Source of the DNA: Squalus acanthias
Taxonomy: Eukaryota
DNA: 64,000 bases
Direction of reading: 5' to 3'
Assembly: GCA_030390025.1 (NCBI GenBank)
Contig: CM059425.1
Span: forward strand, 166,100,001 to 166,164,000
In this document: positions 24,743 to 35,619 of the stretch, one piece after another
Layout: each line of letters begins with the position of its first letter
How positions within the stretch are numbered: the stretch's first letter is position 1
Made by a program: the position numbers and the translations under genes
Notes under the pieces: model-generated
What the model was told of the DNA's origin: nothing
Databases searched by the model: none
Seen by the model: the letters and a program-made list of their open reading frames with translations, nothing else

Positions 24743-25559
24743 TAGTTTATATTGCCTCTCCTCATTCTTCCTACTAAAATGTATTACTTCACACTTCTCT
24801 CCGTTAAATTTCATCTGCCATGTGTCGCCCATTTCACCAGTGTTACTATCCTCCTCATTGTTTACTACATTTCTGTGTTTCGTATCATCTACAAATTTTG
24901 AAATTATGCCCTGTATACTCAAGTCCAAGTCATTAATATATATCAAAAAGAGCAGTGGTCCCAATATCGACCCCTGGGGAACACTGTATACTTCCCTCCA
25001 CTCTGATAAACAACCATTCACCACTATTCTCTACTTTCTGTCCCTTAGCCAATTTTGTATCCATGCTGCCACTGTCCCTTTAATTCCATGGGCTTTAAAT
25101 TTTGCTAACAAGTTTATTATGTGGTACTTTGTCAAGCGTCTTTTGAAAGTCCATATACACATCAACCGCACTACCCTCATCAACCCTCTCCATTATTTCA
25201 ACAAACTCAATCAAGTTAGTCAAACACGATTTGTCTTTAACAAATCCATGCTTTCATTTATTAGCTCATACATTTCCAAATGCCAATTAATTTTGTCGCA
25301 GATTATAGCCTCAAAGTTTCCCCACCACCGATGTTAGGCTGATTAGCCTGTAGTTGCCCGATTTAACCCTCTCCCTTTTAAAAAAAAAAACAGGGGTGTA
25401 ACATTTGCAAACCTCCAGTCCTCTGGCACCACCCCCATATCCAAGGAGGATTGGAAGATTGTGGCCAGGCCCTCCGCAATTTCCCTCAGTAACATAGGAT
25501 GCATCCCATCCAACTGGATGAGTTTTCTACTTCAAGGACTGCCAACCTATTAAGTACAT

Positions 25560-25780
25560 AATAACAGAAAACGCTGGGAAAACTCAGCAGACCAGGCAGC
25601 ATCCGTGGAGAGAGAAACAGAGTTAACGTTTCAGGTCGAAGACCTTTCGTCTGACGAAAGGTCTTCGACCTGAAACGTTAACTCTGTTTCTCTCTCCACG
25701 GATGCTGCCTGGCCTGCTGAGTTTTTCCAGCGTTTTCTGTTGTTATTTCGGATTTCCAGCATCCGCAGTATTTTGCTATT
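25560..25780. mobile_element. Penelope-like fold-back element: 89-bp palindrome with hammerhead core
   Basis: Arms 25563-25651 and 25653-25741 with 2 mismatches. Perfect 13-bp TSD CTATTAAGTACAT at 25547-25559 and 25781-25793. Core CUGACGA-A-AGGUC-UUC-GACCU-GAAA-CG-UU at 25651-25679. Confidence 0.9.
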
Positions 25781-25954
25781 CTATTAAGTACATCCTCTTT
25801 ATCTATTTTTATCCTATCCAAAATCACTACTGCCTCCTCCTTTACTGCCACATTGGCAGCATCCTCTTCTCTAGTGAAGAGAGCTGCAAAGTACTCAGTT
25901 AGTACTTCAGTCTACTATATGTTGACCTAAAATAATGGGATGCAATTGTTTCTA

Positions 25955-26680
25955 TTTGTTTTTGGGATGTGAGCAACAATAGCAAGGCCACATTTATTGC
26001 CCATCCCTAGTTGTTCTGAGAAAGTGATCATGGGCTGCCTTTTGACCAAAATAGTTTGAGGGGCTAATCCAGGGAGCATTAAGAGTCAATCACAGATTGT
26101 GGGACCGAAGTCACATATAGGCTAAACTAGGTAGGGGTACCAGATTCCGCTCCCCGAAGGTCATAGTGAAACAGTTGGGATTTTATGACAAAACAGCAGC
26201 TTTCATGATTATTTTTTGAGTCTCAGCCTACAAATTACCATATTTATTGAATTCAATTGCATAATTTGCTCTGGTAGGATTTACATAGAAGATAGGAGCA
26301 GGAGTAGGCCATTCAGCCCCTCGAGCCTGCTCCGCCATTCAATGAGATCATGGCTGATCATCCAAATTCAGTACCTGTCCCTGCCTTCTCTCCATATCCC
26401 ATGATCCCTTTAGCCTTAAGAAATATATCTAACTCCTTCTTGAATATATTTAATGAATTGGCCTCCACTGCCTTCTGTGGTAGAGAATTCCACAGGTTCA
26501 CCACTCTCTGGGTGAAGAAATTCCTCCTCATCTCTGTCCTAAATGGCTTACCCCTTATCCTGTGACCCCTGGTTCTGGACTCCCTGACCATCGGGAACAT
26601 CCTTCCTGCATCTAGTCTGTCTAGTCCTCACAACCTCAGGGTTGGTAGTCCAGTACCATAGCCACTGCACTACTGTATGT
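25955..26680 (-). mobile_element. tRNA-headed SINE with LINE-derived tail, split by a CR1 fragment
   Basis: Minus-strand head tagtgcagtggctatggtactggactacc near 26630-26675. The tail gggatgggcaataaatg...cacatccc matches the 3' end of the LINE at 51363-52392. Confidence 0.65.
26284..26628 (-). mobile_element. CR1 3' fragment
   Basis: SRTRGH...EMRRNFFTQRVVNLWNSLP plus the CR1 3' UTR. Confidence 0.9.
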
Positions 26681-27424
26681 AAGTATATCACAGAGTCTTT
26701 AGATAGATAAAGGGTACATGACCTATCAAAGCAGAGGTATAGTAACATTTAGCAAATTACATTTTTATGACCCAATGCACAATATGCATACAAATTATTA
26801 AATGGTTATTTTCACTGAACTGTAAGCACCAAACTTTTTAGCTCTTTAACCACAATGATAACAGCGATGCAAGATCTTCAGAGAGCTGCAATCCTGATTA
26901 TTACTCATTGGGACCAAATTTCAAATGCAAGTTCCTGATCATCAGTGGGCAAAACTAACACGCAACTGAATTGGAGAGTAAATTGTTAAATAAGCCAATC
27001 CATTTACAATACATAGTGGTTTGGTAATTTTCCAGAAATATTTTCCTGTAATACTGGTTCTTACCATTATGTGATTGGATATACCAGAAGTCTTTCAGAA
27101 TTTAAGCTGTACCTTCCCTCTCCACTGGCCAGGCAACACAACAACTGCTATCTGCTGAAGACATTTTTGACAGACTCCATAGCCATATAACCATTTACAA
27201 TAATAAATCTAGCCACTACACATTATATTACGCAGTTGTGTTGGAACAAGTTATGGGCTGCAATGCAACTTCGGAGTTCATTAGCTCGTTAATATTTCCT
27301 TTCATCCAGTGATGTCATCAACCCACCTATCCAGCAAACTGTATTAAACCTCAATACACTCCAACCCAAGTTTTATTTTCTCCACATCACATTTCTTTTT
27401 CTGACAGAATCTTGAAAATGGTCT

Positions 27425-27828
27425 GTAGAAAAGAGAAAGCTGAGGGGTGACCTAATAGAGGTCTTTAAAATTATGATGGGGTTTGATGGGGTAAGCGTAG
27501 AGAAAATGTTTCTGCTTGTGTGGGAATCCAAAACTAGGGGTCATAAAGACAAGATAGTCACTAATAAATCCAATAAGGAATTCAGGAAAAACTTCTTTAC
27601 CCAGAGAATTGTTAGAATGTGGAACTTGCTACCACAAGGAGTAGTTGAGGTGAATAGCATTGATGCATTTAAGGGGAAGCTAGATAGGCACGACGGAGAT
27701 AGGAATAGAAGGTTATGCCGATAGGGTTAGATGACGTAGGGTGCAAGGAGGCTTGTGTGGAGCATAAACATAGGCCAGTTGTGCCGAATGGCCTGTTTCG
27801 GTGCTGTAATTTCTATGCAATTCTATGG
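27425..27828 (+). mobile_element. CR1 3' fragment
   Basis: LRGDLIEVFK...KTRGH...FFTQRIVRMWN, with tail ttctatgcaattctatg. Confidence 0.9.
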
Positions 27829-29855
27829 TTTGTTCACAAAAGGGTTCCAGTGATTCCCTTTGTTTAATCTCTTTGGGCAACTTTGTATATCAAAGGAAAG
27901 ATAAATCTTTGATGCAGTATGAATTGTATGCCAGAGTTATAAAAAAAAGTGCCTTTATGTGATGGACAAGAAAATCAGGTAATGCCAGTTATTGCTCTCT
28001 AAATCATTTGCTGAACTGATACTGGCAATGGACCACATCTGTAACGCAACGCAATGTTCTGGCAATAATGCTAAAGTACAACAAAAATAAGGATTAGCAG
28101 AGAAACTGAGTGTGCAATATTTGGGTATTATAGCATGCAACTGTATATCATCTCTCAACAGAGGAGCAGCAGTTTAGTCCAATACCCATTATCTATTTGT
28201 ACACTTTAACATAGTTCAAAGATCACTTTACATAATGTTGGCATTTAACGTGGTCTAAAACTACAATTTTAATTCAAAATCTATTTATTTCAGAATCTAG
28301 AGATATTATATCAATGTTTACAAAGCATCTATTTTTTATGAGAATGTTCTCTCTTTCCCTCCTCAAGGTGTTGACTTCATGCTAGGGTACAGGTCCACAA
28401 GATCCATATCCCTCCAGCACATCATCCAAGTGGGCATCAATTATGCGCACAGCTTGATTTTTGTTTTGAGAGGGGAAGAACAAAAACAAGTTTGCTGTTC
28501 TTCCCACCCACCTTCATTTTTAGCAGCAACCATTATTTGGGAGGTGCCTTTTGTTAACTGGATGGTATGGAATACATACTTCTATACAGTGTCACCAATG
28601 TGTCCCCAGGAGGCATGCTTGCAATAAGAGCTGCAGGTTTTATTTCCTCCTTCTGAGAAAATACATCTTGCAACAGTGCCATATACCATCAACTGAAAAG
28701 TGATAAAAAAAAATTCACTCAACTGGTGGCAGCAGAATTTAAAGTAGAAGTTTATCATGATACATGAGTTGGGAAACAGGCACTACCAGCTATGCTATGA
28801 CACCCCATCCCCTTAATTAAATCCCTAATTTCCTTTATTACAAAATAAGGATAACCTGCATCCAAACCAAAATTTGTGCATTCAAAGCAGCTAAATCAAC
28901 CTGGGCAAGTATAAAATGTTGTGGGTGTGGGACACTTCCCAGTTTTTGTGATTTTGAAAAAATAACCCTTATACAATACCATTCTCCAATGAATTAGTAT
29001 GATGTGGCCTGATGCAATTTCACAATATTGTGCATACTTCACACACGTCATGGTTACTTGATTATAATTGCAGTTTATTCACCAGTAAAAGGTATCCAAA
29101 ATGACTTGAACGAATAAAGTTATAGTTTCACCCATTTTCGTGATTCTGTAGTCTCCCACACCGTGAACCTACTCCAACTACTGGAAGATGCACAAGGCCA
29201 CACCTTTGATTCCTCTTTCTGATGACAAACAGCTGAAACATGTTGCCAGAGGATTGACGAGCCCAGAACTCAGAATTTATTTTAAAAAGTAGCTAGATGC
29301 TGCAACGGGAAGAGAGCAAGATTGTATCCTGGATGAGATCAAATGGACTTTCTTCACCAAATGCCTCTTGTAATTTCTGTTGCAACTTGCCTATGCCCCA
29401 GTCAGCAACCAGGGAATGGCTGATATAGGAACTCTCTGCATGGCAAATCAGAGACACAAAGAGGCCACAAGGCATGGAAATCCAATGAACTATGCCACTC
29501 ACTCTAAGTATGTTACTTGAACTTGGTTTTGCTGTAACACACTTGAAGGGTCAAGATGTTGAACTATAAAAGCAAAAAAAAATCCTAAAAGAGCATTACA
29601 GCCTTGAACACAGGTTTTACATTTTTGGAGCTTTCGCTTTGGGAATTTTAACCAGAATTTGCATCTTCTGCTAGCATTAGTATCCAAATCAAGATTTTCA
29701 GCACAGTGTAGAGACTGTGGTCGAGAAATACATTCCCATCTTTATATGTGCAACCCACAAGGATTTACCACTTAAACGTGTTAACATCTTACTGCTACAG
29801 TACAGTAACCCAGTATATTTCTGTTGCTTAGAGTTAAGAGTAAAGCGTTTAATAC

Positions 29856-29908
29856 CTCGAGTCTCCACTGCTGTTACTGACGCTGTCCTCGTCACCGTGA
29901 CCCTCCAT
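29856..29908 (-). CDS. CHD1: CHD1 first coding exon (coding part of exon 2), chromodomain-helicase-DNA-binding protein 1 N-terminus
   Basis: Minus strand reads ATG GAG GGT CAC GGT GAC GAG GAC AGC GTC AGT AAC AGC AGT GGA GAC TCG AG|gtatt = MEGHGDEDSVSNSSGDS(S). This matches the recalled vertebrate CHD1 N-terminus (human MNGHSDEESVRNSSGESS) and ends in a phase-2 GT donor after 53 coding nt. It does not resemble the CHD2 N-terminus. Too short for the ORF track. Confidence 0.9.
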
Positions 29909-30053
29909 TTCCAGGTTTGAAAAGGAAAGTATCAGATGAGAACCTTCACTGAAGCTTGGAAACTGATAAAATCCTACTCCGAAATAAAACTTATTTATCG
30001 GTCCACAGTGGCTCTGTACTTCTGCTTATCCTCCAAATGCGAACCCCACGTTT
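29909..30053 (-). other. CHD1: CHD1 exon 2, 5' UTR part (145 nt)
   Basis: Polypyrimidine tract and acceptor tttcttttactgcag| (AG at 30055-30054) lie 145 nt upstream of the ATG. There is no ATG within this segment. Confidence 0.75.
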
Positions 30054-30599
30054 CTGCAGTAAAAGAAATTTAAGTATTTAGGACAGTCTATTTACGATCT
30101 CAAAAACTGTAGTTATCCAAATTACAGATAAACACGGATCACGTATTATGACACAGTTATCGTTGCCTGACACAATCAAATCACTGGCATCGATTGCGCA
30201 CGTAAATGTCATAAAACATTAAAAAAATAATTAGGAAACAAAATGTTCTGCTCTCGTTCATCTAATCGATTTCGATTGTCTAGGTTTCATTTTTATACTG
30301 TGTGGGATCACCATGCGGACTCCTACTGTTACTTGCAGAATATATGTAGATGTAAAAGACAATCTTGATAATCGAAACAAATGACCACATTGTAATGTCG
30401 CTTCCACCATTAACGTCTAATGAAGAGAGTTATTTTTTGCAGGAGAATACCAGACACGACATTGGGTCGTCATCGAGCATGGAAAGAAGCACGGCTTCCC
30501 CTGATTCCCGGGAAGAGAATAAGCCAGACAAAGAAGGTGTGGGGAAGAAAATCCCAAAGAGAAAAAAAACAATTTGTTTCTGTAAATGCCTGCAGTCTT

Positions 30600-31350
30600 C
30601 TGATACAGCCGGTTACCATTTCGGCACGGTTGTACGCTGGGCCTTGGGTGAATAACAAAGCGCCTGTGAGATTGCACCGTACACCCATTCCCAGGCCTGG
30701 GCCTAGCGCGCTATGTGTCGGTGCCAGTCCGCCTGCCTGTCCGGACACGGGCAGCCTCTCGACAATGCTGCCGCTGCCGCCGCTGGAATGTGCGGGGGCT
30801 GTGTGGGTGCACGAGACCCCCGCGGCGTTCTCTTACCGGGTCCCGGCACATTCCATTGGAACACCGCGCTGACCGGCCGAACCTGAGCCCGGAGCTCGCG
30901 CTCGCACTTGTCCGAAAATTCTATCCGCTCCCCAACTCGTCCCTGTCCCCCTGTGCGGGGACTCCAAGAGGGAGGGAGGAAGGAAAGAAGGAAGGAAGGA
31001 TATTTCTCACCCGGCGCGTCTGTTTTGTTCTCCTTGAGTGTTATTGTCGTGTCCCTGTTCCTTTTTTTTTCTCCCTGTAATTTTCCCCCCTCGCTCTCTC
31101 TTTGGCTGCCGACAAACAGTTTTATTTCGCACACACTATCTCCCTGCCGGCAGACACCGCCGCCATGACTCGCGTTCACACTCCGGGCCGGGACTTACTC
31201 GGCACTGACGTCACCCGCACACCGAGGGGCGGGACGGGGACAACAGGACGGAGGAGCATGACGGGAGGTTGGCCTCGCTGCTCCGGGTTGACAGACACTG
31301 TCCCCAGCGAAACACTTGGAAGTGATGATGCAGCAGCGTCCACAGATCCA
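30600..31350. promoter_or_regulatory. CpG island / CHD1 promoter with CRE, GC box and YY1-type motif
   Basis: CpG-dense stretch not attributable to a repeat. TGACGTCA at 31206-31213, GGGGCGGGAC at 31226-31235, GCCGCCAT (ATGGCGGC on minus) at 31159-31166, about 1.2 kb upstream of CHD1 exon 2. Confidence 0.85.
30837..31175 (-). other. CHD1: Putative CHD1 non-coding exon 1 (5' end approximate)
   Basis: Lies in the CpG island and ends at the donor CCG|GTAAGA (GT at 30836-30835). An alternative donor CGG|GTGAGA sits at 31011/31010. The TSS is inferred only from promoter motifs. Confidence 0.6.
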
Positions 31351-31689
31351 CCAGTGGGCTAATAAAAATCTAACTTTGCTCCATCATAACCCGAACGGCA
31401 CACTGTACGGAAAATACTGCACATTTTTACAGAAACGGAAATTTAAAAGATCAAATGTTTGAAATATGTAGGAAGTCTGTAAGGAGAAAAAAACGAAAAC
31501 GTTTGAAGCATGGATCCTAGGTCAAGGTCCGCACGTGAAACATTGCTACCTTTACAGATGCTGACGGAGCTGCTGTGCATTTCAGCTTTAAGAATCGTTA
31601 ATTTCCTAAAACAGCCACAAATTAAATGTCTCCTGCCATACAAAATAATGGAAATGTAAAAATCTATCCAGTGTGGCAGTTGGCCCCCC

Positions 31690-32270
31690 GCCGATATATC
31701 TGCGCTCCTCTAATTCTGCCCTCTTGAGCATCCCTGATTATAATCGCTCGACCTTTGGTGGCCGTGCCTTCTGTTGCCTAAGCCCTAAACTCTGGAATTC
31801 CCTGCCTAAACCTCTGCCTCTCTTTCCTCCTTTAAGACGCTCCTTAAAACCTACCTTTGTGAGGGTTAGGTTGATTTGGCCATGATAAATTGACCCTTAG
31901 TGTTAGGGGGGATTAAATATGTGGGGTTATGGGGATAGGATGGGATATGTTAGGGGGAATTAAATACGTGGGGTTACGGGGGTAGGGTGGGATATGTGTA
32001 CTGTGGGGATTAAAGCAGGGACAGGGTACTGGATTTGGATGATCAGCCATGATCGTATTGAATGGCGGAGCAGGCTCGACGGGCCGAATGGCCTACTCCT
32101 GCTCCTAGATTCTATGTTTCTATGTTTACCTTTGACCAAACTTTTAGTCACCTGCCCTAATTTATCTTTATGTGGCTCGGTGTCAAATTTTTTGTCTTAA
32201 AATACTCCTATGCAGCGCCTTGGGACATTTTACTACGTTAAAGGCGCTATATAAATACAAGTTGTTGTTG
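31690..32270 (+). mobile_element. L2 3' end / L2-tailed SINE, split by a younger SINE
   Basis: LRSSNSALL...GGRAF...PKLWNSLP, with tail ggcgctatataaatacaagttgttgttg. Confidence 0.8.
31860..32126 (+). mobile_element. HE1-like SINE fragment with CR1-derived 3' tail
   Basis: 8-bp TSD TACCTTTG at 31852-31859 and 32127-32134, internal tandem duplication, and CR1 tail ggcctactcctgctcct...tctatgtttctatgtt. Confidence 0.75.
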
Positions 32271-32659
32271 ACTATAAACCTGCCTTATATATATTTCAAA
32301 TAATGCTACTGCAATCTTTATGTGAAAATGTATTTAAAAGATAACAATGGATTGGCAATTAGTGATGTTATAGCATTTCTCTTCCTGGACCCAAAGGTCA
32401 TGTGTGACTTGCCCCAGGGTCCATTCTTGGTTTCCCCTTATTTATCATCAATACGCTATCTCAGCAACACTAGCCCCAAACATAGATTCAGCTTGTAAGT
32501 ATGAAACTTCAAAAGCTTGGATTTCTGTTCAACCCAGAGCTGAGCTTCAAACCCCACATCAATAGAAAGCAAAATCAGGCATGCTGTAAAACAGGTGGCT
32601 GAAGTATTGCCACCCGTTTCCCGCCCAGTGGGAATGGTTAAAATCAACCCCTTAGCTCC

Positions 32660-33255
32660 ACGTCTACAATATCACCCACCATCGGCACCATGTAACCCAC
32701 ACTTCCACTGAAACCCTTATCCACGCTTTATCTAGACTCAATTTCCAATGTCCTTGTCACTCTCCTAACCTCCACCCTTCATAAACTTCAACTTGTTCAA
32801 ACTCAGCTGCCTATATCCTGCCTCCCACTAAGTTCCACTTGCCCATCATACCCATCCTCACTGACATACAGTGGCTCCCTGTCCCCAATACATTAAATTT
32901 TAAATTCTTTTCCTTGTCTTCATATTCAAATCCCACTACAGCCTTGCCCCACCCTTTCTTGGCAACCTCCTCCAGTTCTGGCACCATTCAGTCCTCCAAC
33001 TCTGACCTTTTGTGCAACCCCTTCCGTTCTACCAGTGGTGGTAGAGCCCCAGCCAGCTGTACCCTATTATTTGGTATTCTCTTCCAAAACCCCTCTACTT
33101 CTCTTTCCACCTTCTCAAAACTCATTTTTAAGTCACCTCTCTTAACTGTCGCATCACATCTCGTTGTCCATTACTTTACTATTTTTATCTGTGTGCAGCA
33201 CCTTGGGACATTTTCTATGTTAAAAGCACTATGTAAAAACGAGTTGCTGTTATAT
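32660..33255 (+). mobile_element. L2 3' remnant
   Basis: PIIPILTDIQWLPV...FK, TSGGRA and an L2-type tail. Confidence 0.75.
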
Positions 33256-33392
33256 TTTATTGTTGTTTTATGATAATATCCAACCCTAACACTCCAGTAC
33301 CACCATTGACTCTAAGGTTGTTAGCATGGTATCTGACTGTCTGATATGTAGTCTCAAATAAACCAAAATTTCCTTCAGCTCAATGTAAAGAA

Positions 33393-34070
33393 AGAACTTG
33401 CATTTATATAGCGCCTTTCACGACCTCAGGATGTGAGGAATGTTCTCATGGAAAAGAAGGTTGAGGTGATATGATTGCTGTTTTTAGGATTCTAAAAAGG
33501 GACTAGATAATGTAGACCATGACAAGCTTGTCCAGAACAGTATAATCAGAAGATACAGCCTGTGCTTGAAGGGAGGGGGGAGGGGGGAGGGGGGGTAAAT
33601 CCAAAATTAATCTGTAGAAACAATATTTCAGTGAGAGAGTGGTCAATCTCTGGAACACTCTCTAGGGAGACAGTGCAAGCAGTTAGTATTGATTAATTCA
33701 AATGCAAATTAGATAGATTTAGTTCAGAACATAACATTTTGAAATACAGTATGAGTAATTTGAGACATGACATGAGGTAAGTGTAGCAGGAAGAAAAAGG
33801 TGACTTTGGACCTATGGTTCCCAAATCTCTCCACCACTAGGGTTTTCTTTGTGTCGTTTCTGGGTCTGTAGTAGATTAATTGATAGAGATTGATTACTAT
33901 GATTAGTCAACAACTCCACTATCATTGTATCATGCGTTTACCAGGATGGAAGAAGGCGAACTAGATGGATCTTGGTCTTTTTTCGTCTAGCAATTGCTAT
34001 GTTTCTATGTCCCAAAACATTTACAGCCAATTAAGTATTTTTTGAAGTGTAGTCGCTGTTGTAATGTAGG
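33393..34070. mobile_element. L2-tailed SINE end (minus) split by an old plus-strand CR1 3' fragment (about 33435-34010)
   Basis: The SINE end gaacttgcatttatatagcgcctttcacgacctcaggatgt resumes as cccaaaacatttacagccaa after the CR1 tail ctatgtttctatgt. Confidence 0.6.
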
Positions 34071-34514
34071 ATACAGCACAAGACATTGAAAATTCACTTT
34101 AGACTTATGTGCTAATGAACCTGGATGAGGGATGTTATGTCTTAGAGGTTGCTCTTTTCTTGCCAATTTTCTCTGCTCCTCTCCACTATTGTATTCGTCT
34201 GGGGTACAAATTCACATGCACCAACAGCCCACCAGTAACACAGTGGCTATTTTTAATGAATCTCGACAATTAAACTTGGCAGGCTAATCTATCGTGGGGG
34301 GCATTGGAGCTAACCCCGAGCCTGTCCTCACTTGACAATCATACATGCCTATTTTTGCGGGACAAGGGGCAGATGCATCTGTAGCCTGTTAAAGGCATTT
34401 AAGTTGTGGGACATCCCTCTGATCCCATGAACTTTGGCAGGTTCAGTTCAGCAGTGGAGGTCTGGGGCAGGAGCATGCAGAGATGCACCACCCTGCGGAG
34501 TTTCAGGGCCCTTA

Positions 34515-34870
34515 TCATAGAATCATAGGATCTTACAGCACAAGAGGAAGCCATTCGGCCCATCGTGCCCGTGCATAGGATCAGAGGGATGTCCCACAAC
34601 TTTGAAAGAGCTATCTAATTAGTCCCACTTCCCTGCTCTTACCCTCTAGCCCTGCGAATGTTTCCTTTTCAAGTATATATCCAATTTATTTTTGAAAGTT
34701 ACTATTCAATCTGCTTCCACCACCCTTTCAGGCAGCGCTATCCAGATCATAACTCGCTGCATAAGAAATTCTCCTCATTTCTCCTTTGGTTCTTTTGCCA
34801 ATTATCTTAAATATGCATCCTCTGGCTATTGACCCTCCTGCCAGTGGAAACAGCTTCTCCTTATTTACTC
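34515..34870 (-). mobile_element. CR1 3' fragment
   Basis: Tail atcatagaatcatagg; similar to 23583-23915. Confidence 0.85.
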
Positions 34871-35619
34871 CCTCTTACGTGCTATGACTGCGTTTAAAGG
34901 AAAACCTACCAAAGCAAAACAAAACAAAATACTTCATTTTGTCATTTCTGTCAATACCATTTTGGTGTAAATGCTGCCAATATCAGAATGCAATCAGCTA
35001 AACGTGATATAACTTTATAATCTAATGAAAGTACTTTGCAGTTACTTCTTAAAATTTATAATTCTGTGCAGGTAGGAAGCTGTAATGCTCCTAATGATTT
35101 TCATATTTGGTTGAACATACCAGAAGGTATTATTTATATTTAGTGGATATCATTTGATTTTGAGAATATTGAATTTAAATGAGGGACAATGCAACAAAAT
35201 CATTTGTACCTCCAGAATGTCCAACCACAATCCTGACACCAATACTTTGCAATCTGAATTATTATTAAATCATGAACAGACAGCATACAAATTGAAATAA
35301 AATTAGAAATCATAAACTGTTGGTTTAATTAGTCTCATATCACTGATATGTGAAACTAATTATGCCAATAGTTTATGATTTCTAACTTTATTCCAGGAAG
35401 GGACAGGTATATTTGCAAAAAATAACTTCCTACCACGTTGTCTAATTTGGTCAGCCATCTGTCATTGAATGTGTCATCTAAACAGTCACATCATACATTT
35501 TATAGATTAGAATGATTCCTAGAAGGAAAATTTTCACTGTTAATTATTTAGAGTGAAACTGCAGCCACAGAACCTGACAATATGTCCACATTGCAATGAG
35601 GTACTAAGTTTAACTGGAG

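Larger units (their letters stand above)
23583..25910 (-). mobile_element. CR1 LINE ORF2, 5'-truncated, with two nested insertions
   Basis: VPQGSILGP, FVDD, LYKTLVSPQLEYCVQFW, RRLRGDLIE. Tail catagaatc at 23583. Confidence 0.9.
1..29855 (-). other. CHD1: CHD1 intron 2 (continues past window start)
   Basis: Starts at the GT donor 29855-29854. The expected Ser/Gly-rich exon 3 was not found by eye anywhere in 1-29855. Confidence 0.7.

Noticed and set aside
30703..31179. 158-aa minus-strand ORF and other overlapping ORFs in the CpG island
   Set aside because: No recognisable protein, the ORF runs through the exon-1 donor, and long ORFs are expected by chance in GC-rich sequence.
31490..31590. 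Additional hammerhead copies here and at about 60970-61010
   Set aside because: Faint remnants of the Penelope-like family without an intact CUGANGA core.
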